NCBI GenBank assembly: GCA_963924565.1
Contig: OZ004607.1
Span: 29,946,001-30,010,000, forward strand
Origin: Ascidiella aspersa
Taxonomy: Eukaryota
Direction: 5' to 3'
Length of the DNA: 64,000 nt
Shown in pieces: positions 51,401-62,812 of this stretch. How positions within the stretch are numbered: position 1 is the first letter of the stretch; each line of letters begins with the position of its first letter. A program made the translations under genes and the position numbers. The notes beneath the pieces are model-generated. The model saw only the letters and a program-made list of their open reading frames with translations, made no database searches and had not been told where the DNA came from.

Positions 51401-54125
51401 CGAGCCCGGTCCGTTCCGAGTGGCGCCTGGTTCCAGCGTTGGCCCGATTATCGGCGCCGAGACCTTCAACACGGGCGTCATGGTCTTCTTTGCCCTGGCG
51501 ATGACCCTGGACAAGCGCTATGACCAGGCCACTGGCCCAATGGCAATCGGATTTACCGTTTTCCAAGCAATTCTCACCGGGTATGTGAAATACACCAGGA
51601 GCGATTCCGATCAGTTTTAGCGGTGATGGTTGATTTGGGCTAACAGGTTTGATTAGCGTTCACGTTGATGGTTTGTTTTAATTATTTGGGTCAGTGACGC
51701 CACCAAACGCTATAAGTGCCAAAAGTTTTTCAACAGACCTAGTGGTTTTACAAATCTGTGGGGTCTGCGTTGCTCTCAAATTGAAAAGAATAAGAAGAAA
51801 AAATACTTTTAAAACATTTTGCTAGTGCTTAACCAGCCAAAAGGTAGATTTAAAACCATTTTCCTAATGTTTTTGTGTAATTTTGAAAAAAACATAGAGT
51901 TAAGAAAAAGAATGTTTGATAAATCTAGCATATCAAAATTCGACAAGTTAACATCTGTCTTGTAACAGTTACACCTAATTGATGATTATTGCAATAGATG
52001 CTCTGTTCTTTAAAAGGTTTGACAATCAAGAGTCAACTTCGAAATATACAACACTACTATCTACTAAAACTAAATTCTATAGCAGTAGTTCTTTAATGAA
52101 TAACAGCGTTTTTTTAAAAGATATGTTGCGCCATCCTAAACACATAAGTAGTCATATACGAACAAAATATTTTTGCGTAAACTATTAGTTTTGTACAAAA
52201 TAGGCATCGAAATTACACAAATTCGTTTTAAAACAACCTTTCTAATGTAAACATACCATATTATTCTCTTAGCTCTATCAGAGTCATCGCGTATTTAACA
52301 CAATCCGCCATTTGGCACACTCGGCAATGCGCATATAGATACCTTGCTTTCTGGGTGGCGCTTTTCTCTGGAAACACAAAATCACCAAAACGTTTGCTTT
52401 GCAGACGCTGGGTGGGCTCATTCTGCCTGAATCCGGCCCGCGCCTACGGTCCTGCTTTGGTGATGGGTGAGTGCGACGACCACTGGGTCTGGTGGGTTGG
52501 CCCGGCGTGCGGTTCTCTTCTTTTCACCTTCATTTACATGTGAGTTTTGAAGTTTCCAGGGATTGTAAAAAAATGATAAAGAAATGATAATAAATTGCAA
52601 CGCCTAAAAGGTCGAGTAGATCGACATCATCTTGATTAAGACGTTTCGAAACGAACGTGTATAACCTTTAGTTAATGTAACTGAGAAGTAAAGCAAAGCA
52701 TCACTTATAAAAGTGGGAACGCAATTATTATTATTTTGAGTTTCTATAGTCGAAGTATATAGTTAAAGAAGGGTTTTATGATTTTCTTTCGAGGGTAACT
52801 TGCTATCGCTTGGTTTTGACGATAGGTTATTTAGGGCAGTGGTTCTCAACCGCCGGTCCGTGGACTGGTGCCGGTCCGCGTCTAATTTCCTCCGCAAATA
52901 TATTAAAATTTGATATCTCAATTGCAAAATTCAAGATGTTGAAGGCTTATCCATCAAATTTAGAACTTCGCCACCTCCGTAATTTGCAGCATTGTGACGT
53001 AAATAGAGTTAATGATATTCTTTGGACTTCATTTTACGTCATAATGCTGCAACTGTTTAAAAGTAGGCTACAACTCGTTTAAGTCTTAAACTTAAGACCA
53101 GTTGTATGTGAAAGCTAAGAAGTGTTTTAGTTGTATACTATTGCGTAATTAAATTTTGGATTGATTTTGATTCTTGAAGGTCCACCGGTCCGCAAAATTT
53201 GTTTTGAAATTTGACAGGTGCGTATACTAAAAAGGTTGAGAAACACTGATTTAGGGTGTTTACAGTGTTGTATTGACTTAGGTCAATTGCTTGACTTAAG
53301 TGCACTTGGGTCACTGTTTTCAAATGACTTAACTTGACTTAAGTAATTTTGATAAAATTGCTTGACTTGACTTAAGTCTCTTAGACAAATGACTTGACTT
53401 AAACTTAAGTCATTGAGTCAAATGACTTGGGTTGAAATTAAGTGTTTTTATTTACCATTTTATTATAAAATTGAGCTATTTATCGCAAGTTTTGCTCATA
53501 AAACAATTAGATTGCTACATTTTTTTTTGTTTGTTATTTTTTAGTTAAAGTATTGCTTATAATCGGACGAGTTTACCTATTTTAATGGTGTGTCGTTTTA
53601 TTATTATATTCGTGGTTTGACTTGGAGATGACCTGCTATAATAATGACTTGACTGGGACTTGACTCGGGCAACTGATGACTTGGACTGGGAAAAATACTT
53701 GACTTGGACTTAAGTTATTTCACAAATGACATGACTGGGACTAGCCAGAGGCACATTGAAGCTGATCTTTTTCAACCTTTGTAGTTTATTTAAACTATGT
53801 GACGCATTGAAAAACAATTAATAACTTAAAAAAACGGCGTTGAATTGATTCTGTGTCTGCAAATTCGCGACCTTCAAATTTATCTACTCTATACGTTAGC
53901 TTAGTAAAAGGTGTAGGAAACCTACTGCCCCTTACCAAATTGAACAGAGCCAGTATAAAAAACATAAAAACACTTTCTCGATACAGGATGTTTGCAGCAC
54001 CCCGGGAAAAGGTCTGGTCACTGCAGATTCTCAAGCGCTTTTACAGGAAGCGACGCAACGAAAACGGCAGCTCCAAAGCAACCGATGCAACGATTGAAAA
54101 TAAATACGCAACCACTGACACATAA
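48450..54125 (+). CDS. Aquaporin (MIP family, AQP8-like), 302 aa; exons 48450-48652, 49546-49656, 50269-50395, 51387-51580, 52405-52539, 53987-54125
   Basis: GT-AG introns, 909 nt open. TM1 PIFCEFAAT, loop B QFNPIMS, YVLAQLFG, TM4 GAETFNTG, TM5 PMAIGFTV, loop E CLNPARAYGPA, HWVWWVGP. AQP8 grade is inferred from motif context. Confidence 0.93.
50461..50860 (+). repeat. AAGTC-rich dispersed repeat in aquaporin intron 3
   Basis: CCAGTCAAGTCATTTGTAAAATAACTTAAGTCCAAGTCAAGTATTTT matches the reverse complement of about 53690-53738. Boundaries approximate. Confidence 0.75.
52585..52690 (-). mobile_element. Penelope-like terminal repeat remnant with a degenerate hammerhead core
   Basis: Reverse strand ATTAA-CTAAAGG-T-TATAC(ACGTTC)GTTTC-GAAAC-GTC-TTAAT-CAAGATGATGTCGATCTACTCGACC, homologous to 59985-60090. 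Confidence 0.65.
52837..53248. mobile_element. hAT-type MITE
   Basis: TIRs CAGTGGTTCTCAACC / GGTTGAGAAACACTG; TSD ATTTAGGG. Confidence 0.88.
53263..53745 (-). repeat. Inverted copy of the AAGTC-rich repeat, in aquaporin intron 5
   Basis: GACTT-rich arrays at both ends and a central segment complementary to 50461-50860. Confidence 0.75.
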
Positions 54126-54194
54126 GATAAATTTGGGATTGGCCCTTCAGTCAAGGATAAGGCTTTTTGTAAACTTTGTTGCATTTGGATGTAT

Positions 54195-54375
54195 TGAGAT
54201 CCTTGTAAAGCAATTGCTTTTGCTGTTGGAATATAAAATCCTTGTAAATGCTGTTGGAATATAAAATCCTTGTAAATGCTGTTGGAATGTAAAATCCTTG
54301 TAAAACTATTGCGTTTGTTCTTGTAATGCAAAATCCTTGTAAAACAATTGCCTTTGCTCTCGGAATGTAAATCCA
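54195..54375 (+). repeat. Minisatellite (units of about 27-36 bp, core AAAATCCTTGTAAA) in the aquaporin 3' region
   Basis: ATCCTTGTAAA recurs five times with TGCTGTTGGAAT-type spacers. Confidence 0.85.
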
Positions 54376-54576
54376 GTAACAAAGAAGAGTAAACAACCGT
54401 AAAACTCCTATCAAGTAACATGTTTGGTATTCGTTACACTCTACGTTTAAAAATTCATTATCTTCGGCACGCAGTTCTAAGAAACGTATATTTCATTATA
54501 TAGTCAACTGTAATGGTTCAAACAATAAACTAATATTGTCCGAAATGGTATTGGATGATCAAGGGTAGGCTACAGC

Positions 54577-54993
54577 CAGGGCTGGGGAGTTGGAGTCGGA
54601 CTAAAGACTCGGGCTCGAAAAGTCGGTTTGTTTTACTGGAGTCGGACTTGGGACTCGGGACTCGAGTAAAACCACGTAAAACTACTCAAGTCCCGAGTCC
54701 GACATGCCCATGTGCAGTACCAAATTTCAAAGCTGATATGGCCGCCAACTGGAAATTGTAAAGGTGGAATAGCATATGGTGGAATATTTTCCAACCATGT
54801 ATTGTGAGTGAATGAATAATACCGCACCCCTTTAAGTGGATTGCTGAATATCCACGTTAAATTAGTTACGTCAATTTGTGGATTACAGGCTGTGGAGTCT
54901 GGGCCGGACTCGGGCTCCACGAAATCGCACATTTGGCTGGAGTCGGACTTGTGTGTCCGACTCGGGTGAATTTTAACCGACTCCGCAGCCCTG
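54577..54993. mobile_element. hAT-type MITE (family of 30834-31209)
   Basis: TIRs CAGGGCTGGGGAGT / ACTCCGCAGCCCTG; TSD GCTACAGC (54569-54576, 54994-55001). Confidence 0.9.
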
Positions 54994-55000
54994 GCTACAG

Positions 55001-55728
55001 CAGTGGTCTCCGTCCTTTGGGTCGCGACCCCAAGTGGATCGCCTAAAATGTTTTGAGGGGTCGCCATAACTCACCATAGTCCTGCTGTTTTAGTACGATT
55101 TATGTATTTTGTTTACTTCACAATGACGCTACTAAATGTGCTAACGTGACTTTTGACAAAAATTAGGTTTCTTTTTACCCAGCGAATGTCGCACTTGGCA
55201 AATTGTTTGATTGTGAAATTCCTTCAATGAGTTATATAAAAGAGCTTGTTTTTCAAAAAGTCAACTTTTTGTTACTAAACTTTAGCAACGTGGTTTGCAG
55301 ATATAAGGGGTAGGCTTTGAGCGTATTACAAACGAAACATCTCAATTGCTTGGAAGTAAAGCCTGACATCCGGTTATGTTTATGTAAAGTGGGGCCGCGT
55401 TTGCACAACCTAGTGGATATGTACACGCAACCATGGCAATGGATGCAATTTGTTGTCAAAAACTAAGTGCATTTTTTGTTTTCGTTCTTGTGGTAAATTC
55501 AAATTCGTATGTTAAATAAAACTTCCTAAAGGCAATCGTTTTGTTGCACATGCTTATAGCCGCAGTTCTCTGGAATGGTGTGGGCCTATACAGTTGCTCG
55601 TGTTACTTTGTTCCCGCATTATTTGAAATAGTTTTATTCTTATATGAAAACAGAATGGGGACGCATTGTGAATTCTAATTTCATTTATTTAAATTGGGGT
55701 AACTTATTAGAAAGGTTGAAGACCACTG
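55001..55728. mobile_element. hAT-type non-autonomous element abutting the previous one
   Basis: Ends CAGTGGTCTCC / GAAGACCACTG; near-perfect TSD GGCTACAG / GGTTACAG. Confidence 0.7.
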
Positions 55729-56385
55729 GGTTACAGGACATGACGGACAAAATCTACAAAACTTGGTGCAACCTTTAAAAACTCTGAACTCCAAAAAATA
55801 CGAAACAATATCTTTCACACATAATTATTACTGTAACTTACAAAAACAAAACGCCAGCGAACCAAATAAAATTATTAACAACGCCATTTAGATAGCTTGA
55901 AATGACAACTTATAGTTGATAACAGTATAAACATAGTTCATGCATTGCTGAAAAATTTCCGCAAACAGTAAAGTGTAAAAAGAAATGCTTAATAAAATAG
56001 GCGCCAAAACAGGTATCTTTGGTTTCGTGTTCTGCTTTTATTTAATTTTATTTAAATAACAAACGGAAGAAAAATAAGCAGTGTAAAATATCCATATGGC
56101 ATTTTCCAATATACAAACGAAAAAGCATAACAAAGTATATAATTGATGTACAGCTGTGCGTAAAATAGCTCGTAATTATGCCTTAGCTGGGTTACGTTTT
56201 TGCTAAAAAAGGCATTATAGAGCAGCCGGCTAAACAAAAGATTTTTCGTTAAAGTGTATTGTGTTTTCTTAATCTTCAGTCGAATTGCCGTGGCCTTTAA
56301 TCAAAATCTTGAGTGTGTAAGAAGATGTTTCACATGGTCAGTCGTTTAGCTGTGAGTTGTTTGAAAATTGGTTTGAGAACGATAC

Positions 56386-59300
56386 TTATAAATCTTCTTT
56401 TGAAGGTGGAAGGGGCTTTCTTAAGCGTCTGTATATCTTCAAAATCCACACAATCTTTTGTGGAGCGAAGAGTACCCTAAATAACACAAAATCATTATAT
56501 TGCAGACCAATTTTTTGTAAAACTTTCGTTAGAGGTAACATCACAAAGTAACGTGGTAACGAGATGTCACAAAGTTATGTCAAAACGATACTTCACAACA
56601 ACATGTAAACGTGACTTTATGTAAAATTAGTCTTTGTTACGTTTTCGACTAGAGAGGTGTTACTTTTAGAAACACATTACTTTGAGAAACACCTTACAAA
56701 ATGACTCGCGCAAAGCAAAAAAAGCCCTAATGGCGTTTAAGTTTACAAAAAATTCATTTTCAATGATGCGACGATAGCTTTGGAATAAAAAAATTGGTGA
56801 TTAAACTTAGACATACTGGAAACATAATTAGATTCTCAATTTGGAAAAAAACACTTTTAAGGAAGGCATAGCCGGATTGCTCCGTTTCATTTCGTTTATA
56901 CCAGAGGTTCCCAACCTGGGCGGTACCGCCCCCTTGTGGGCGTTGGCGAGGGTCTTTTTCCCATTTGGGGGGCGCTGAACACACATAAGGGGACGTTACA
57001 TGAAAGTACTTATGGCAAAATTTTATAAAATGTTCACAAAAAAATAATTACAAACAGCACTGTAGGTAACTTTTAAGCTTAAATGGCAACTTCCGTACTG
57101 CGAACTTGTAGTAGTTTCCCGACCATTGTTACGTTAAATTGGCTTTCTTATGAAAAGTTGTTGGTTGCTGTTGCGTTTCACCGTTTTATAGGCGGCAAAA
57201 TGTTCGTGTATTTAAAGCAGGAGTCGCCAACCTACGGCCCACGGGCCGGATTCCGCCCGCCGCCTCTTTGACAACTAGACACGAGTCCATTTCAACTACT
57301 TTTTGACTATTTTAACTTGGTACGGGCGAAAAATTTATGATGTTTCCACGTCCAGTTTGCTTAGGTTATGATGCTGTCTTGGACTAGATGGAAGGCTTCC
57401 AAGTGCGTCGCGGCAAACGGAAACCTAGTCAAAAACGTTTCACATATATATTTTTTAACATTTTTTATTTTCGGCAAAGTGATAGAAATAAGTAGGAAAT
57501 TTAAAAAAAATGCCGGTATACCCAAAAAAGTGCGCTCGCTTCGTTCTCCAGGTGCACCCGTACTTAAAATATATCTATTAAGGTTGTCGCGTTTCCTTAA
57601 TGTAGCTTTATTACACTTTTCATTTATAGTAAGGATAAAAAAAAATCCGAGGAACGTGTGATTCACAGTTGCTCTAACATTTTAATAACACAATTCTTAG
57701 TTAACATTTTGTGCGGCCCACAGAGACCTTTCGGGGTATGGTTGGTGCCCGCGACTAGAAAAGGTTGCCGACCCCTGATTTAAAGTCTTGGTGCAGAAAG
57801 TTGAATTTTTCCAGGTAATGACATAAACTGGTGAAATAATGTATTTAATCGCACAACAAATCATTACACAATAAATTGTAAAATTAATGGTGATGACTTT
57901 AATGTTAGAACAATTCAAAGTAGTTGGGGTTCTCTAGCGTTCAAAGAAAGGAAACGTGTTCGCCTGCTTAAAAATAAAAAAATAAAAAATAAGCAACTCA
58001 CATGTAGATGACTGTGAAGAGCAACGCACCAAGGGTGGGTCCGAGCCACCACACCCACTGGTTATCCCATTCTCCAAGCACGACAGCAGGCCCGAAGGCA
58101 CGGGCTGGGTTCATGCAAAATGCGCCGACCCATCGCCTGCCAAACATGAAGTTTATTATATGTCCATTTTTTAACCAACAATACAGTTGAAATATGTGTT
58201 GATACGCATACAGGTTTAAGGTAGAGATTTAAAGAAATACAATTATTTTTCTTTAACGAAATAAAAAAGTTTATTGTTTTAGAAAAACGCTTTCCAGGAT
58301 GTTGGTCGCGCAACAAAATTTTGGGTCGCATTTGGACGACATTAAATGTACAAACAATTTTTCATTGATAAAAATGTTGTTTTTTCTCTTTGATATGAAA
58401 TCTGAACAAATAGTGCAAAGCATTAAAACAATCATTAGTCAGCAAATACCGGCCGAAGCAAACAACAAGAAATGATTTGTTTGGAAAGTAAAGCTTTAAT
58501 AAATTAAAAGTGTCGCATACTGAACGGTTAGGGATACCTTAATTTAGAACATACATGAACTGCATATTTTTTTACTAATGCACAAATGTGCAAAACTAAA
58601 ATCGAGTCGAGATATATTTAGGACAATTCCGCTAAAAAACACCCTTAATCCGCCATTGCCAGGTCCAGCGTATACTTCTACGTCCGCTGAAGAAGGTCAG
58701 TTGAACAAGATTTTAAACGTGCAAACGTCATCGTTACCCGAGCAACCCGGCCTGGAACACCGAAAATCCGATGGCCAACGATCCAGTGACGTCATCAAAC
58801 CGCTTGTCCACCACCATCGCGAGGACGAAGAAAACCAGGATACCGGTGTTGAAGATTTCGGTGGCGATAACAGTCTTAAGGTCAGCCCAAGATGCCAAAC
58901 GAAACGGACCTGGCTCGCTGCCTTTCATCGTCTGTGAATAAATCGAGGACGGAATAAAGCGTCAGAGTCTTTTTCGGTCGAATCAGTGTTCTGTTTGAGT
59001 TTTCATTTTGAGCACTTGTTTGTTATTGTAAGTATAAATATATGGCGCTAAACTAATTACAAAACTGCGCAAAAAAGAAAAAAAAGCCTATTTAATTTAA
59101 ATGTGCCAACGACGTTGATATTTTTGGCAAAATTTCATACTCTTTTTCAATTGATTAGAACGCAATTTTGCCAAAAATATCAACGACGTTGACCGATTTA
59201 AATCAAATAGACTTTTTTTCTCTTTTGGGGCTTTGTAATTAGTTTAGAGCCAAGTCGGCCTTAAAATATTCAATATTGATTAGAAGAGCTCGTATGAATT

Positions 59301-62300
59301 TTTGCCAAAAATGTCGGCGTCGTTAGCACATTTAAATTAAATAGGAGTTTTCTACTTCTCGTGCTTGTTATATGTGTATAAACTTTGTTCAGGTTAAAGC
59401 AAATCGTAATGCTCATAACCTAATGGTGCTGCACAAAGTTACGCACCTGAAAGGAAATGCTGGTAATATACCAATCTTGCTTTTTGCATCGAAATGCTTT
59501 GTATATGCTGTAGTTGGGAGACAAAACACAAATGTACACGGCACGGATAATACATTTTATTGGTTAATAACCAACCAAGAAATTAATAGCGCATTTAAAT
59601 AACACTCCCTTAGAAATTTCACGGGGAACTAAAATTGAAATTGCTGACAACAATGTATAAATTAGGCGAGAAATTTAGCGATCAATAATTGGAAACTATA
59701 ATATTTTAGATCTAAATAGGTTATTAAAGGAAAATAAGTTAATACTAAAAATTTTGGAGTGCTCGTAAATTTACAAGTCCAAGTAGAGTTTGGAGAAAAT
59801 TCAATAAACTTATTTTACTAGGTTACACTATGTACGGATCTGTAATGTAGCTTGATAATAAATTGCAAAGCCAAAAAGGGCAAAAGCCTGTTTAACACCT
59901 GAAGGTGCTAAATAATGGCCCAACCTTCGAAACTCAGACCGATAACAATTGCGTCCCATCTCTTATAAGTGATGCTTAATGTGCTTCTCAGTCACATCAA
60001 CTGAAGATGATACAAGCTCGTATCGAAACGTCTTAATCAAGATGCTGTCGATCTACTCGACCTTTTTGGCTTTGCAATTTATTATCAAGCTAACTTTACT
60101 ATTTTTCTCAGTTTCGCGTTTTTGTGCAGTACGTCAATTGCTTCAGTGCCACTTATTAAATTGTATTTAAAAGCAATGATCCAACTCGTAATTCTTTTTG
60201 GTTGAACACAGAATTACCTTCGTCAAACTGTATTTAAAACTTGCGTCGGATTAGTTTCCATTTATTTTTAAAATTCCGCTTGCATTACTACAACCGCTAA
60301 ATAACAAAAATTGCCCATACCAGTGTCATTTGGGCTCCCGCCACGGCTCCAAGCAACTGTACCAGGACGTACGGTACGAACAGTAGAGGGTTGAGTTCCC
60401 CGACTATCATCAGCGACAGTGAAATAATCGGATTGAAGTTGATCAGTCTGCGTGTTTTTCAGAAATATTTTCGTTGTCCGTTTTTTTCGTTGCTTTTAAG
60501 TAGTTTTTTAGCAAACCGCCTTAACAATATGCAAATTTTCGATTTTAAATGCAAATAACATATAGGCCTACGTATAGAACAAGACAATATTTGCAAGCAA
60601 TAAACTTAAAAAAGCAATTAATTATATATATATATGTTCACCTAATAAAAAAACGTAATAATCGACTTCGATATTTTAAAGCAATTGTGAAAATAATATT
60701 AAGAATACTTTATTTTCTTTACTTTAAAAGAATGACTATACAAGTATACTTACTTTGTTTTGTTTCATTTTTTTAAGTTAAGCGGTCTTTTCTTTAGTTA
60801 AAAAAAAAACAGAAAAACATGACGATATTTTTTCATTATGTAATATATTAAAAAAACCGCACTACATTGCTTTGGAGAAGTAACCTTTTAAATTAATTTA
60901 TAGTGAGTTCCACTTTTGTATAGCGTATAAAACTCGTCGACCAACTTTTTCGGTTGGTAGTATTGCGAACAAAGATACGTTAATCATATACCACTCGACA
61001 ACCATTAGAAAAAGAAAGCCGTTTTGTGCCGCTTTCATCAAACTAAAACCTACTCTCCACCCAATTGCCTATACTTTAATAAAAATCCAAACTACGGATA
61101 AAATTATTTGTACAGTTCCGCGTTTACCATCTAACGTTTCATTATCAGGTATGTGGGCTAATAGTTTTTTTTTCTAAATAGTCTGTCTTTACGGGAAATA
61201 GTCTGTCTTTTACCAGGGTACGAAAAAGCTGCATGCGGCTCCGGAGCCGCGTGTTGCCAACCAGTAGTATACATTGCAACTTGAATAGAAACTAAACAAA
61301 TAAATTGATTGTATTAACTACACTTAATCAATCTTTAAAATGAATTGTAAGTTTAATTAAACTTGGAATCTCTGGCTAAATCGATTTACACAAACGGTCG
61401 TCAAATCATTGAAAAACAAACCACGAAAAACAAACCGTTTGGGTTAAATTTATAGTATTAAAATAACTTACGTCATTTTCGTGAAGACGACGATAAGCAA
61501 CCAAACGGCGATTGCAGTTTGGGTTGCAGGCATCAGCGTACTAACAACATAGTCAGCGGCGTATTCGCCCGGCAGGATGGTCCTAAAACGACATAAAACG
61601 CTACGACATACTGCAACCATTGATCGTTCGCAACACGGTTCCTAACGCATTTACAAAACATTTTCTTTAGTAAAACAATGTGACTAAATACTTATGTTAT
61701 ATACACAGAATCCATTCCTTATCTCCACCTTAAAATTGATTAAGAAGAAGTTTAAAACGTTCAAAATGTTACCTTCTTCTATATGGGCTTTCATATTCTT
61801 ACTACGTCTGACTAAAACCTTGCGCCATACTATTTACAAAACTTTAAAACGAAGTTGATTTGTGATATTTATGATGGCCATCAAACATTAATAATGGCCT
61901 TCAAACTAATCGTTAATTATCGCAAACAATGTTCTATAAACGGAAAAGAGCTTTTTTTGAAAACTTAACTGATAAGTGATATCTCGTTATTTTAATAGCG
62001 TTGATTACAGTTGCTAATTGATTTGATTCTAGCAAGCTGTAAAAAATATTTTTGCTAGTTATAAACATAGAAAAAAATATACTATTCAAAAAAAAAATTC
62101 CACAGGCAATCGCTAACTTAAAAAATATATATGGAAATTACTCCTAAAATGGTCAAACATGATTTTTCGTAAAAAGACTAAGAAAGTAGCCATATAGATT
62201 AAACTTTCCAGGTATTGTTTCACTGAAAACACGCTCTGGTGACATATCAAGGTAATAACAAGGACTATAAAAGTCACCAAAATTGGCACGACTTATCATG

Positions 62301-62812
62301 CAACCTGTTGATCGATACGTAGACATCCGGTCTGTTAGGTGGGCCGGGCATCGAACCCCACATGGTGTACACAAATGTGGCGCTGAACTCGCATAACAGC
62401 GGCAGAATCACCACCATGTAAATCTCCTCAAAAGTCGACTCTTTGTATCTTTGCAAGAGAGACTTATTTTTAGTCTTTCCTCGCGACTCACTGCCATCCG
62501 TAAAAGTTTCTTTAGAAGAATCTGTAAGGCAACAATGGTTCTAATAGGTCTTTTTCAAGTCTCATAAACCAAACGTGTATGCATTTTGTGATCACCCTGA
62601 TTAGATTACTGTCAAGCCAATATAACAAAGCCATATAACCATCCCTACTAAAAACAATATTGTTTTTGATCGACAACCTATAGTTGGTGCTCATATAGTT
62701 ACTATCACAACTAAACATCGATTAAATAAAAAAAATTGAAATATGTTAGAATCGTTTTATACGGTGGTCATCTATAATTAAAAACACCAAACAACTCACC
62801 GCTTTTTTCCAT
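56386..62812 (-). CDS. Aquaporin (MIP family, AQP8-like) paralog, 295 aa; exons 62812-62800, 62521-62305, 61582-61472, 60447-60321, 58931-58738, 58136-58002, 56476-56386
   Basis: Internal exon lengths 111,127,194,135 equal those of the plus-strand paralog; NFNPIIS and [11 protein letters not shown] motifs; 888 nt open. The 13-nt first coding exon (MEKS) is the least certain part. Confidence 0.9.
57218..57777. mobile_element. hAT-type MITE (family of 11128-11871, opposite orientation)
   Basis: TIRs CAGGAGTCGCCAACCT / AGGTTGCCGACCCCTG; TSD ATTTAAAG. Confidence 0.88.
59044..59251. repeat. Long imperfect palindrome (foldback, MITE-like) with a partial extra arm to about 59360
   Basis: CGTTGATATTTTTGGCAAAATT / AATTTTGCCAAAAATATCAACG and CTAAACTAATTACAAA / TTTGTAATTAGTTTAG inverted pairs. 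Confidence 0.75.
59848..60092 (+). mobile_element. Penelope-like terminal repeat remnant with an inverted 32-bp end
   Basis: 59848-59879 is the perfect reverse complement of 60061-60092, and a hammerhead core lies between them. Confidence 0.65.
59996..60037 (+). ncRNA. Candidate minimal type I hammerhead ribozyme
   Basis: ATCAA-CTGAAGA-T-GATAC(AAGCTC)GTATC-GAAAC-GTC-TTAAT: CUGANGA box, perfect 5-bp stem II, GAAA box, GUC cleavage triplet, stem I with one mismatch. Confidence 0.72.

Noticed and set aside
54041-54421. Repetitive ORFs on minus (126 aa and 87 aa)
   Set aside because: By-products of the minisatellite and the antisense of aquaporin exon 6.
58686-58722. CTGAAGAAGGTC...GATTTTAAACGT as another hammerhead
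   Set aside because: GAAA box is absent and stem II is poor; at most a decayed remnant.
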